Source: Penicillus capitatus (lineage: Eukaryota; Plantae; Chlorophyta). Taken from it: a DNA stretch of 64,000 nt. Location: assembly GCA_965649825.1 (NCBI GenBank), contig OZ287704.1, positions 790,301-854,300 of the forward strand, read 5' to 3'. The notes beneath the pieces are model-generated. The model was not told where the DNA came from. It did not search any database and was given only the letters and a program-made list of their open reading frames with translations. A program made the position numbers and the translations under genes. Each line of letters begins with the position of its first letter. The first letter of the stretch is position 1. Positions 50,188 through 63,871 of this stretch are shown piece after piece.

Positions 50188-53184
50188 ATGAATGCGACAG
50201 TGGAGAAGAGCTGTCCAATGCTTGTGCATTTTGACAAGCCGATGTCTGCGACGGAAATCAAGGATGCCTTGGAGGGAAACGATACGTCGGCAAAGATCCA
50301 AGCGATGAAGAATCTCATCATGATGCTGTTGAACCAAGAGCAACTGCCCCATAGCTTGTTCATTACGATCGTTCGTTATGTCTTGCCTTCTGAAGACCAT
50401 ACCGTCCAACGCTTGTTGTTACTCTATCTGGAAATCATTGAAAAGACGGATGCGGATGGGAAACTGTTGCCTGAGATGATTCTCATTTGTCAGAATCTCA
50501 GAAACAATTTGCAGCATCCGAATGAATACATCAGAGGTTGTTCATGCACGTATTAACAACAAGTGTGAGAGAAAAGTGTGACTAGGGTCGACGTTGCGTT
50601 TTCTATGCAGAATCAAAAACGAAGAGATTCTGGAGCCATTGGTTTCGTCCGTGTTAACAAATCTGGAACATCGTCACTCTTATGTCCGTCGCAACGCTGT
50701 TTTGGCAGTCGATGCTATGTACGATCTTCCCAAAGGCGATTTGCTGTTCCCAGATGCACCTGATCTCATCGATAGCTTTCTGAGAAATGAACAGGATCTT
50801 TCTTCCAGACGCAATGCATTTGCGATGCTGGTCACTCATGCAGAAGACCGTGCTGTCCGCTATTTACTTGAAAACATTGAACAGGTTCAGAGTTTTGGGG
50901 ATTTGCTGCAGATGACCGTCCTCGACCTGATTGTGAAAGTCAGAAAGATGAATCGTGAGACGGGGAGAATGTTTGTTTGTGCAGGTTTGCCGTAACAAGC
51001 CCGAAGAGAAGGGAAAGTATCTCAAAATCATTCTCTCCCTCCTGCAATCGCGTCACTCATCTGTGGTCTATGAATGCTCTGTGGCCTTGGTTTCTCTTTC
51101 TCAAGCACCTACAGCTATCCGTGCTGCAGCCAACTGTTTTACAGATCTCTTAGTTAGCCACAGTGACAACAATGTCAAAATGATCGTCTTGGATCGAGTT
51201 GCCGAGCTCAAGGAGCGTCACCGAGAAGTGATGCAGGAGATGTTGATGGATGTCTTGCGTGCCTTATCGAGTCCCAATCTGGATTTGAGGCAAAAGACAT
51301 TGGATATTGCCTTAGACATGCTCACGTCCAAAAATGTCGCCGAAGTGGTTACCCTTTTTAAGAAAGAATTGCTCAGGACTCAAGACAAGGAGCTTGAATC
51401 GGGCACAGATTACAGGTCCTCTGTCCGTTACAAAGTGTGCGCCACAATGTGGCAAGATGCTGTGTTTATATAGGGCTTTGCTCGTGAAAGCGATCCACAG
51501 CTGTGCCATGAGATTTCCTGTGGTGGCCGAAAGCGTGGTGCACGTGCTGATGGACTTCCTGGGAGACAACAACACAACAGCAGCCTTGGATGTCGTTTTC
51601 TTTGTCCGTGAGATCCTCGAAACCAATACGCATCTGAGAAAAGCGATTCTACAACAGCTTCTGGATACCTTCACACAAATTCGCTCTTCTCGTGTGTGTT
51701 CTTGTGCTCTGTGGATTCTGGGAGAGTTCAGCGAGACGTCAGCAGAAGTGGAAGAAGCACTGAATTGCATTAAAGAGTCCCTAGGAGAACTCCCTCTCGT
51801 TTCTGAGAAAGAAAACACCGACGCTGCAGATGATGACACAGAGAAGGCATCACAAAAGACAGCAACTGTCGCCAAAACCATGGCAACGTCTTCTCGGCCA
51901 GCTGTTTTGGCAGATGGCACATATGCCACACAAACATCTGTCGTGGAGACGACAGCGATTGAAGATGATCATGAAACATCGCTGTCAAATCTGCGTGGAC
52001 TGTTGCTGGGAGGTGACTTCTTTGTTGGCAGTGTCTGTTCTGCCTCTCTCGCCAAGATGGGACTCAGACTTAAGTCGATGGCAGATGTCGGCGATCAACA
52101 GTTGAATCGTTTCTTTGGAGAGGCGCTCCTCATCATTGCCAATATTCTGAGACTAGGGACATCGGGAACAGCGCAACATCCCATTGATGCAGATAACCAT
52201 GAGAGAATGTCTCTCTGCATTCGAGTCATGGTCCATCCAGAATCAGAAATGGCGCGTGTATGGCTGCAACAATGCCGTTCGTCGTTTGTTTCCATGCTGA
52301 CAGCAAAACACGAAGCGGAAGATGTCGAGGCAAAGACAAAAGAAGCCCTCCATGCCAGTCAGCCAGACGAAGCCATTCACTTCAGTCATCTCAAGACAAA
52401 GAAAGGATTTACAGAGCCTGTTGGTGGTGCTTCTGATTTGGCATTGGCGGCGCTGGGCGATGGCCGAAAAGATGACCGCAATCCCAATCGCATTCTACAG
52501 CTTACAGGACTGTCCGATCCGCTCTACGCCGAAGCTTATGTCACTGTGCATCAGTACGACATCGTACTGGATATCACTGTCATGAACAGGACAGACAAGA
52601 CAATGCAGAATCTGAATGTGGAGCTTTCCACCATGGGAGATCTGAAACTCGTCGAGAGACCTCAGAATTACACGCTTGCGCCTGGAGACCAAAAAATGAT
52701 CCGTGCCAACATCAAAGTCTCGTCGACCGAAACTGGTATCATCTTTGGCAATGTTGTCTATGAGTCTGGAGGCTACTCCGACAGCTGCATCGTCATTCTC
52801 AGCGACATTCACATCGATATCATGGACTACATTCGCCCAGCCTCCTGCCAAGACACGACGTTTCGCTCCATGTGGGCTGAATTTGAATGGGAGAATAAGG
52901 TGGGGATCAACACAGACTTGGCCAGCCCCACGGAATACCTGGAACACATTGCGACCTCGACCAACATGAAAATCCTCACCTCGAGTCATGCCATGGAGGG
53001 TTCATGTGGCTATCTGGCTGCCAATCTCTACGCCAAGAGCGTATTCGGCGAAGATGCACTTGTGAATGTCAGTATCGAAAAGGCGAAGGATGACAAGTTG
53101 GGTGGCTGCATTCGCATCCGTTCCAAGACGCAGGGGATTGCTCTGTCGCTCGGAGACAAGATTTCTATGCGCCAGAAGTGTTGA
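50188..53184 (+). CDS. COPB1: Coatomer subunit beta (spliced)
   Basis: EMILICQNLRNNLQHPNEYIRG|STLRFL, HRHSYVRRNAV, QLTGLSDPLYAEAYVTVHQYDIVLD, FRSMWAEFEWENKV, IRIRSKTQGIALSLGDKI. Confidence 0.95.
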
Positions 53185-53598
53185 AGAAGAGATACGTGAG
53201 AAGAGTAAACGGGCATGTGACGTGAAGCGTCTGTCATGCATCGATTGGTATTCTGGGTTCTGCGCGGCTTCTTGATGTGACGCGGACGCCGTGTCATGTT
53301 TTCGCCGAACGTTTTGTTTCCAAAAAACTTCTTCTGCGAAAGTGTCTTAGCGTTTTTGTCTCATCGCCGTTTCCTTCAAATTTAAGGCAGCAGCGTTGCG
53401 GCACATACATCAGAAATCACATAGCGGGCAGCTGGCGCCCAATAAGGCGCTCGTCATCTGATTCAGACGTACCCCTCTTCTAACTCTCTCCTCTTGCCAA
53501 AGAAAGGAGTATGTTAGGCACTCACTGTTGGACGTGTCAGACTTATTACGACTCAACCGTTGCCTCCGGGCGAAGTCAAAACGAAGCTTAGCGCAGCC

Positions 53599-56163
53599 AT
53601 GGACATGCAACCCGTCCGTGTGCCCAAAGAACTTCAAGTTGTACGCGCCACGATACTAGAAGAATATGTACGTGCGCGCCTCAACCAGTTTTCTCTGGGC
53701 CTTGAAAGAAAGCTCACTGGAAGTAATGGCCCGCGAACGAACATACATCCGCGAGCGATGATGGGCGCGGTTCTTAGGTATCCTGCCCGATGTTTTCGAA
53801 AGAATCGTGGGAGAAACGTACACGCAGCTTCCGGCACCAGAATATTCCAACCTCCCCATCGAGGCGCGTGAATTGCAACTTGTCTTCCGCCATGACTGCA
53901 TGGCACTCGGCTGCAACGACCAAAACTGCGCTCTCTGTCAGCACAGCGCCATTCGACGATGTCGCGTTAATTTTGACCGCAAGTATCTCGTTGGTGATGG
54001 TCTTCACGCAAAATGCTCGGCTCCGATCCGTATCGAACTCATCGACTCATCCACGGGACACATTTTCGATGAAGACATTCCTGGACTCGAAGTGGCCATG
54101 TGCATCCTGGATGGAGGCAAATACGATATCCAAGTCGCGGATAACAACAACAATGCCATTCATGCAAGTCACTGTACACGGCAAAGAGGTGTTCATTCGG
54201 TCCGTCCTTTTTAGGAGTTGGAAGCGCTCCAAAGCTGTTGCTTACTGACAAACAAACGCTCACAGCCACTCCTGGTATCCACTGCTGGAGGCGGAAATCT
54301 TCCTGATGGGCGGGTTGTTACACGGCTTGAGAAAGGTGTGTTCATGACGGCGACAGAGGGATAGATCTTATGTGATGATGTGACGACAGGATCTGTAGTT
54401 CTTCCCGAACTGCATGTCACTGACAGTTCCGAGGCATTACTATCGGGCAGAAAACCCCCGTTCAGATTGTTGGCGTGGGTCGTCGACAAAGAGAACCGTA
54501 ATCTGTCCATTCGTCATGCCGTTTCGGAAGGTGCAGAGACGATTCAATCATAGATGCATCCTGTTGATCGTACGAGGCGTTTAGGATTTGTCGTGGCGAC
54601 GAGGAGAACGCGAACGGCAGGAAAGGCCGATATTCCCAAAGTAGATGATCATGTATCACGATTAGAGCATATGGGAAAAGAGACAGTAAAGAAGCTTTTC
54701 GATCTCAAAGTGGCAGCTGAGTGTGTATCCGTTGCGCTGGATTTGCCACCTGGCATTCCGAACTGCATTCAACGTGCCGGCGAGTTTAAACAATTGGTTC
54801 AGTGTGCAGAACAAGACGGTGTGCTCTGTCTCTCTAAGACGTCGCGAAAGAAGGCTCTGATATGCAGGTACATTAAGACAGAAGCTCCAGACGGTGCTCA
54901 AACTCAGCAAGGAGAAGTGGGACGAAGCAAGAGAACACGCAATGCGATGTGTCGTGCCAGACAATCGAATGCGAGCCTGGTACTCAGATCGTCACAACCA
55001 TGAAGTTGGATTGCTGTTTACGTGTCGTATGGGTATCATTGATATGGAACGACCTGTTGCCTTGCTCCGATGGTGGGAACACGCGCATGCCTTGGCGATG
55101 ATCTCACTCCTGTATTGGGTAGGTTTGGCAACAATGAACATCAGAACATCGAAGCGACGTTGATGGCTCAGCTAACGCCATCACAGAGGGAAGAAGTTCG
55201 CATGTTCCAAAGTCAGGCACATCAATGCTGGTATAAAACGGCACATCCCGGGTGGTCTCTGTGCTCCTACGATTCCGAACAGTTCCTGGATACGGGGAAT
55301 TTTGCACAAGTTGGCAATCTTCCAGGCATTCCTGTGGCGCCGCCAACATCGCCGCCGAGTCCTGTTCGCCCGAGCCCTCTTCCGTCAGGTTTTCTCTCTT
55401 TTCTATCGCCACGATGTCCAACGGGGCTCTGGTGCAGCACTAGATTCTCATCCGTTAGGCGTGGTCAATATTTATCCAACTAATGTTGACGCAGAATCGG
55501 CGCTCTATCCACGGAGCTCCGTGCCTCCGAACCCATCGCCTTACATGGTGACAGATACTGTGCTCAACGGTATGGTTCCATCGTTCAGATGGCATATGAG
55601 CAGTTCATGGTGTAGGTGTCACTTGCGCTGAGTTAACACCCGATCTGAGGTCATCAGAATCTCCTATGTCACATGGGAACAGCGTTTATTCCAAAAGCCT
55701 CAGCAGTCAGAACTGTTTCCAATCGAGTCCACGAAGTCTCCAAGAACAGAAATCTCCCAGCCAGACTCTCGTCGAAGGAGGATGTCCAGTTCCGAGAGGT
55801 CAAGCAACGGGAGGATATAGTGTCGGATTTGCTTTTCCTGAACTGGAGGCCTTCATGAGGACGAACTCCTTTGAGCAGGGAGGCATTTTTGCCACAATGG
55901 AGCCGATCTCATCTGTCTACGTTTCGACGAATGTTCAGCCGACCAAAGTGGAAAGCCTTGAACTCCCCGATCAGCCAGATATTCTACTGAGAGACCTTTC
56001 CGGAGGATTCGAATCTCTGAGAGGAGTGAAATTGGGGAGAGATGAAAGCATAGGACTGGAAAGCATGCAGAGCATTGAACAGTCCTTGGAAGAAGTGGAG
56101 AAAGGACTCGTAGAAGCAGATTTTTCCGCAGAGGACAGAAAAAAGGGCATTCACCGCCTGTGA
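53599..56163 (+). CDS. CBP60: Calmodulin-binding protein 60 / SARD1-like transcription factor (spliced)
   Basis: ELQLVF, APIRIELID, ILDGGKY, HVTDSSEALLSGRKPPFRLLAW, AVSE|GFVVATRRTR...DIPKVDDHVSRLEHMGK, KLSKEKWDEAREHAMRC, then a low-complexity tail. Confidence 0.75.
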
Positions 56164-56886
56164 ATTCTACACCAGATGTGCTCACTTTTCATTCAAAGTA
56201 TTCCAATACAATCGTCGAGACGAGGAATGATGCGTATTTTCCATCCATAAATCTCATAGAGCGTTTGCCCATGAGTCTTGCACACGACTTACTCCATTGT
56301 TTGGACGCTCGACCGTTATTTGCATAGGCTTCAGGGATGCATCACCGTTAAGGAATAATCGAGCGCTGTATACAAATGCTTCATTTCGCAGTCAGGCTTG
56401 TCGCTGTATTGTTCTTTGTGCTGTCAATCACCATGAGACGTCAGTCGTCGCGGCGCAGGTGTTGGGAGATGACGAAGGCGGTCAAACAGAACTCCCTTGC
56501 GCGTTAAAACATTACCGGGCCATGTTCTCATTTTTGCCCACAACTCAGAAACCCAACATAAAAATACTACATTGATGCATTAAACCAGATGTGCTGTTGA
56601 CGAACAGACAAAAGGGGAGTGAAATTTACTGAATCTCTCCGACAAAGGACAGACCAAGGAAGCCAGCCTCTCACGACCGACAATAGGAGCATGCATGAAC
56701 ACCGGCCACTAAGATGTTGTGATTCCTGGTGAAATGCTCAGACACCGTGTTAGAGTCAGACCACCTTGTATGTTTCGATTGCGGGTATTCGGGACAAAGC
56801 CTCTCTTGAGAATGGGTGGATTCGACGTTGGCTACGTGTATGCGACCAGGGGCAGCGTTTCACCAGGAAGAGCCAGCCGTCAGTTC

Positions 56887-57332
56887 TTAGCAAAAGATTC
56901 GAATGTCTCCTGGCGGCTGCTTCCATGAGGTCTCAGAATAGAAGGCGAGCCCATACTCGTGGTGCTTGTTATGGTCTCCGTTAATTTGAACGCGACTTTG
57001 AGCAACGGAGGATTTCTCTGCACAGACGGCGAGGGCAGTCGCCATTTGTCACTCGATGGATCTCTTCGCGCCGAGCAAGAAACGAGGTAGCCGAGAGAGG
57101 CCAATCCACAGCGTCTAGTGGGAAAGTGGTCAGCTGCTGAGATATGGACGCTTCGTATATAATACCGCCAGCAACAGCAGTCTTCGCCACGGAACCCACG
57201 CAGGCAACATAGCCCAGCATGGGTTCTCCAAATCCTCTGCTTGCACCCTTTAGATGAACGGCGGGTATGAATGCGCCTACTTGTTCTCTTGCCGCGCGTA
57301 CGAGCTGTCCGTCGCTCGACCGTTTTCACCAT
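56887..57332 (-). CDS. Hypothetical small spliced protein
   Basis: ATG at 57332; removing 44- and 52-nt GT-AG introns gives one frame (MVKTVERR...KDLENPMLGYVAC...HEYGLAFYSETSWKQPPGDIRIFC). No recognisable family. Confidence 0.3.
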
Positions 57333-58235
57333 GTGTTCCGACGGTCAGAGATAATGAACGCTGACTGTTTATATCGTCGTGCCGTCGGTTGATGCGCTCG
57401 TTTCTTTCAACAGAAAGCACGCAAAGAAGGCCACACTCCATGATTCAAATGGTCACTGCAAAACACGACGATTGCAATCGTCAGCGATGGAATACTAACT
57501 ACTGGTGCAAGCCAACAGTGCATCTGAAGACGCTGGCGTCCACGGAAAGGTATTGAATCGCGTTAGTCGGCGCCTGTGGATATTTCGTGTCTGTTTTCCC
57601 GTGTTTTTAGAGATCCCGGTGTATCTTTCGTTCTTCCTGGCGATTGAGTTCATCTCCTTGCTTCAAACTTACTTGCGTCCGTCTAAAAGCTTTCTTAATC
57701 GACGCACACCTTTCGTCTGACGTACAGGTCTTGTTGTTTCCTGGTCAGTCGCGTCGATGCTGTAAGCAAGGGTCGCGTTCTGAGCGCAAGAATTTGTGGC
57801 ATCAGAGCACAAGTGAGCATCATAGAGTCTGTGCGATACCCTTTCGGCAAACGCGCGTTTAGGATAAGCAGAGGAGACATGAACGCGTACAAATATCTTG
57901 AAAAGAAGGCAGTCTTTTTTAACGATGACGTTGTTTTGCTTGCTCTTAACAATCCACTGACTGACCCAGTACATAATGCTTTCGGTTTATTCAATTTTAA
58001 CGAAATCCTGAGACTGTTATAACTTCTTTGAGAAATTCTAGACGCCGTTCAAAATAAAGTCGTGCAAAAATAGCAGCCATACATTTCTTTGGAACTTCTC
58101 TGTCCGTGTTCGTCTATCCTCGATGTCATTACAGTTAATGAACATCGATGATGATGTCATAAGCATCACGAGTGGTCCAAATTGCGGCTTTGTTTCGTTG
58201 TTTGCATTCTATTAGCGACGGAGTGTTCATCGAAG

Positions 58236-59521
58236 ATGTTGCCGATGCAGAAAGTCTCTTCGATGAGTGTTCCTCTTATCAATTCCGCGAATTCTTTTCG
58301 TCAACGTGCATCACCAAACCTGCCTCCGCTTTCCACATCCCGCGGCTCTGTGCCTCAGAAGCGCAGCCAAAACGAACGTTGTAGTGCTGCTGTACTGACT
58401 GGGAAACTCGCTGACGTGGGAGGAAGTGGAGGCGGAAACAATCGAGTGAATAAAAAGCCTACTGCCGAAGACAGCAGTGGCGACAATTTCTTCGAGCAAA
58501 ATGCGCTGGTCGATGTCCTCGTCAAAGTAAAACAGCTTCGCGAAAGCGTTTGCCGCCAGATAGCTTTTTGCGTTTAGGGCGGCGTGGCGCTTTCGGAGCT
58601 CCCGAGAGATTTGCAGGACGCGCTCTCTAGGGGTCTTCTTTCCATGAAGGACGTGCATCTATGGATCAATATTTCATCCATGCCTTTGCTGGGAAACATC
58701 TGCCGCGCGGCACCAGCTGTGCGCGATCGTGTCATGGGCAATCCCAGATTCGTGATGCAACTCCTCGTGGAACTAGCACTTGGATTGTCTGCGAAGACAG
58801 CTGCAGAAATGAAAGCCAGAGGAGACAAGTGCTTCAAGGTCAGCATCCCTGTCGCTCTGACGAAGGATGAGAAACCTCTGTTCTGCTCTGCAGGAGGAAC
58901 TGCCGTTTTTCCTCTCCGATTTGGCCCTGGAGGCGATCGCCGACTGTGCTCTTGTCTGGCTTCTTTCTCCGAGACGATCATTCAGGCCGCTGCCATCCAA
59001 CCGCATCGCCAGAGGCATCGCACAGCTTCCTGGGCATTCTTTGCAGGTCGGCCCCCTCAGACGCTGCAGATGTGTCGACGATGTGCCGCGCAGGGCGGAG
59101 CGTATTCCGTTTCGCAGAGGCTGACGTCCGTTCTCTACCGCAGTTGCCAGTTCTTCGTGGTTGGCCTCGTCACGAGCGCCATGGGCCACAGCATCACGAA
59201 GTGGGCGGTAGGAATCGAGGACCCATCCGCAGGACACGCACCGACTTGTCGCGCTCTGCCTAGGTGGAGCGTCAGCCCGGACCGAAGGACGACGTTCACT
59301 TGGCGCCCGTCCTGGACAACAGCTTGGGCTTCGGGGCGTTCATGGCGCTCTCCAGCAATCTCCGCTACCAGGTGGTCAACGGACTCGAGGAGCGCCTTCT
59401 GGATGCCTTCCTGCCGTCTGCCGCGCTGAACACCCTCGCCACTTTCCTTCTGCGATTCTCCAACTGCTACTGCGGCAGCGTGCAGTGGGTCGAGTTCGCC
59501 AAGGCTGCTGGTCTTCAGTGA
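58236..59521 (+). CDS. RER: RETICULATA-related plastid envelope protein (DUF3411), complete copy (spliced)
   Basis: Transit peptide, Gly-rich GGSGGGNN, RDRVMGNPRF, AEMKARG, VWLLSP, FMALSSNLRYQVVNGLE, RFSNCYCGSVQW. Confidence 0.85.
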
Positions 59522-59849
59522 TCTCCATCAAAGACGTCGAAGTCGCACGCTCGCAATCACTTGTAGTCTAGTCGCTCTGCTGCATCATCGCATCGACAGA
59601 TTGACTGTATATTAGCACTGTAAAATAGGTGGAACGGCTCGAGGAGCCAACACACTCGGCTGTGTCTGACGAGGCAGTATCGATGCAGTTTCTTAGTTGT
59701 TCGCTGGCTGTCTGTCATAAATCGGGATACCGGGGGTCCTCAATGCATGGGCGGCCGTTGGCCAAACGTACAGATGATGGTGGATGGGCACTCCTCGCCG
59801 GTTTTTAGATTTGGACATTGTACTGTAAGATCCGTCGTTCGCGAGGAAG

Positions 59850-60686
59850 ATGGGAAGGAAGAGGCTCAGACTCAAGTACGCCGAGACGAAGCGCATCGCG
59901 ATGCCCCGCCGCGACGAGTGAGGCCGCCACCCGACCGACGCCTCCGACCGGGCCGCGCAGGGAGACGTCCAGCGGAGAGCGGAAGGAGCGCGACGAGAAC
60001 GTGCGACAAGTGTAAGTCCGCTCCCCCGTCGACGTGTCGCTGCACGGACCCTGACCGCCTGTTCAGGGCCAAGCCGTCGGCGGCGATGTACTTTCGGTAC
60101 AACACGCAGCTGGGACCTCCCTACCACGTCATCGTCGACACCAACTTCATCCACTTCTCCATCAAGAACAAGGTCGGTCTCCGTCGGATGCGCTCGGGAC
60201 ATCCCTGCGAGTGACGAGGGCAGATCGATCTCTTCCGAGGCGCCAGGGACTGCCTGTACGCCGACTGCAAGCTGTACATAACGGACTGCGTGATGGGCGA
60301 GCTGGAGACGCTGGGAACCAAGTACAGAGTGGGGCTGAAGATCGCGAAGGTGACCTGCACGGCGTGCGCGGGGCGACGGTGTTCGACCGGCTTTCTGTGG
60401 CTGCAGCATCCGGACATCCGTCGACTGCCTTGCACGCACCGAGGGATCTACGCGGACGACTGCATCTGCGACAGAGTCACCCAACACAAGTGCTACATCG
60501 TGGCCACGTGCGATCGGGATCTGCGGAGACGCATACGAAAGGCAAGCGCTCCCGCGCCGACGCCCGTGCGACAAACCCTGTGTGCCCTTCCAGATTCCGG
60601 GAGTGCCCATCATGTACATCATGGCGCGCCGCTACACCATCGAGAGGCTGCCCGAGGCGACGCTGGGAGGCGCGCCCCGATTCTAG
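59850..60686 (+). CDS. FCF1: FCF1/UTP24 PIN nuclease, copy B (spliced)
   Basis: As copy A; frame appears intact. Confidence 0.95.
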
Positions 60687-60687
60687 A

Positions 60688-61577
60688 TCAGCCGTTGCTC
60701 GATCCACCAGACTGTCCGAATCCGTCGTGTGGCGCCACGGTGATGTAGCGGATATCGATCTGTCCTCCCGGCCTCTCCTGCAACAGACCGCGGTTCGATG
60801 CGAACGAAGGCCGTCTCGCGAGCCGGACTTGGTCGCCGAAGGCCACCAGCAGGTGCTTGCGCGCGGCGTGGGCTCCCCGCGACGCGGAGACGAAGAAGAG
60901 GGGCGGCGCGATCTCGGTCGACCGGACCACTCTGACGACGAACTGCGCGTGATACAGCAGCGGGTCGCCCGGGTAAGCCAGCCAATCCCCTCCGAACTTG
61001 GCCCCGCCGGTCAGGAAGAACCTGTGCGCGGTCCACTGAACGAGCATCGACCGCCCTTGCGCACTCACCCCCTCGAGTGGAGATCCTCGAAGACGGCGCA
61101 TCTCAGAGTATGGAGGAACGGGGGCTGCTGCGGCCAGGCGGAGATCTGCTCCGCTCGGCGTCTCGACGGCAGCACGACGGATTCGGGCGGCCTCCCACCG
61201 ATCGCGTCCGAGGCGGCCTCAGAAGCCGGACGGTCTCCACGATCTTCGATGCGGAGGGGCCTCGTCAGGACGATCCATCCTGCGTGCAGCACACGCCGTC
61301 CAATGCAGCGTCGGGCTGGGTGAAGAGACGTCACCCCTCTTCAGGCACAGCGCGATCTCTTCGGGCCCCAGCACCATCGGAAGGCATCCGGCCTCGGTCG
61401 ACTCCCCCCTGACGTCTGCGATAGGACTCGGAGGCGAAGGAGGACAGGCTCCGATCGCTCACTCTTCAGGCTGCCGACCAGAACGCCGACGATCCTGCGG
61501 TCGAGGCGAAGCCGCCGAGCGTCCTCCTCTTCGTAGACGTACCCCTTCCCGTACAGCAGGCTGACGTTGACAGACAT
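60688..61577 (-). CDS. SEN34: tRNA-splicing endonuclease Sen34, copy B (spliced)
   Basis: As copy A, with a few amino-acid changes (e.g. LLYGKG vs LLDGKG). Confidence 0.9.
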
Positions 61578-61736
61578 GCGCCGAGCCTGTCGCCGGTGGC
61601 CGAAGGTCAGCACGCGGAGCCGGTGAATGGAGCGGAAGGACGTCGATGACCCTCATCGAGCCGCGTTCGACCCATTCCGCTTCGCCGTTGGACTCCACTG
61701 CCACGGGTAGACACCGACCCCTTGTTTTCTGCACGC
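61578..61736. promoter_or_regulatory. Putative bidirectional promoter SEN34/GPAA1 (copy B)
   Basis: Divergent ATGs at 61577 and 61737. Confidence 0.5.
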
Positions 61737-63871
61737 ATGGCTCCGCCGTCCCGCCGCGAGAGACTCGCGTCCCGTCTGGTGCGTCTGACGGTCGCCCACG
61801 CGCACTGGCTCTCCTGGGCGCTGTTCCTGTCGGCGAACGCCCTCTTCCTCGCGCTCCCGCTCATCTCGAAGCCCGTCTTCTTCGACGAGAAAGCCCTCCT
61901 CGCCGGCAGCGCCGCCACGCGGATACAGTGAGCGACGGCATCGCCCGCCTTTGGATGACAGTCTCTCCCGGCGCAGGGACTGCTCGTCCTGCAGGCAGGC
62001 GGCGGACGACTTCCTCGACAGGTGCACGGGGACGGTCCAGAGAACGGCGGGCGGAGACGCCGGATTACTGGAAGTGCAGGACCTGCTGGTTCGCGCGCTC
62101 GGGACGTCGGCTTCCATCCAGGGCTTCACGGCGTCCGTCCGTGGAGAGGAACTCGAGTGCCGGAACGCGCACGCGGTCGTCCGCACCGCCCGGGGGGACG
62201 GCAAGGAAGGCATCGTGTTCGTCACTCCGCTGAGGAGGCCGCGAGGTGAGGCAGACGCGTGACCTCTGCCCGTCTGACGGCTATGTATGGTCATGGAGGA
62301 CCCGGCGACGGCCCCGAGGCTCTGTGCGTGGCGCTGAGCGCCGGGGTGGCCTTGACGCGCCACCTGTCGCAGGCGAAGTGGCTGTCCAAGGACTTCGTCT
62401 GGCTGGTCACCGACTCGCGCTGCGGCGAGGAAGAGTCGATGCGTCGCTGGCTGACGCGATACCACTCCCAGGCAAGCGGTCGGCTCCTCCCGGCCTGTCG
62501 CGGATGTGGTTGTCCGAAGGACGCCGAGGGGCGCGGTGCGTTCCGCCGAGCGGGTCTCCTCGTCCAGGCCGTGGTCATGGAGACCGAGGACGCCGAGTCC
62601 GACGAACTGGAGTACTCGCTCGTGAACTCGGGGGGACGGCTGTCCAAGATGGAGCTGTACTGGCTCGTCAAGTCTGCCGCGGAGGACCTCCTCGGCGCAA
62701 AGAGCCGCCTCGACGCCGGCGCCTTCTCATCCCTCTGCCGCGGAACGGCGTCGAGCCACGAGGTGCGGCGCCGTCGCGTCATTGGCGGAGATCCCTTACA
62801 GCTTTCGCCAGGGGACGGGGGCGTGGCGGACGATGCTCTGCTCCGTGCTGCTGCAGGCGACGGGCGTCCGCGCGGGTCCGCACGCTCCCTTTCGCGAGTG
62901 GTCGATCGACGCCGTCGCCGTCAGGGCTCCGTCGCGCCTCGCGCGAGCGCGGGGAGACCCGCAGCTGACGGCCGTCGCGCTCTCTCGGGTGGCGGAGTCG
63001 GCGGTGCGCTCGTGCAGCAATCTGGTCGAGCGGCTCAACCGCTCCTACTACTACTACCTGATGGTCAGCACGGATCGTTTCGTCCCGGTCGAAGTCTACA
63101 TTCTCCCCTCCGTCCTGCTGCTCCTCTCCGTCCTCGTCAAGGTGACAGCAGATGCCACTCCTCTGACGCCGTGTACCCAGCGTCCGCGACAGGCGGTGGA
63201 TTTCGGAAGGCGAGCCTCGCTCGACCTGAACGGACGGGCTGGCATGTCGGCGTGCGCTGTCGGCTTCCTCCTCCTGGTGGCCTGGATCAGCGCGGCGTCC
63301 ATGGCGCGGACCGTCGCGAAGTGCCTCGCCGGACGCGGCGCGTCGAGTCACGAAGGCTGTCGTCCGAGCCCCGTCGTCGTCGTCTCGCGGTTCCTCAGTT
63401 TCTGTCTGTCGGCTTCCGCGGCCTTCGACCTGTATCGCGGGCTGCGTCGAGCGGGACCGGCTGCTTCCTCTCTCGTGCCGTGGCTCTGGACGGCCTCGAT
63501 GTGCTCTGCCGTCGTCGCCGTCGTCGCCGTCACCTGCACCAACTGGTGGGCGCCTCTCGGGACGGGTTTCGCAGACGGCGTTTGGACGCAGGTGTGTGGC
63601 CTTCATCGGCGCCGAGGCGGTCGGACTGCTTTCTCTGTCTGTCTCTCTCTTCCTCTCGAGGCCGTCGGGTTCGAAGTTCCTCGTCGTCTGCTGTCTGCTT
63701 GTGGTCCTCTCTCCCCCCAGTCTGGCCTTCTTCCCGCTGGTGCTGGCAGATAACCGGATCGATTTGTGGGATCTCGCAGGCGGATCGACGACGAGCGGCG
63801 TCGTCTTCTGGGCCGTCGCTTACCTCCCTTTCTGGCTGACGGCACTCTTCGTCGCCTTCAAGAGACATTGA
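61737..63871 (+). CDS. GPAA1: GPI transamidase component GAA1, copy B (spliced)
   Basis: As copy A; TGA at 63869-63871. Confidence 0.85.
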
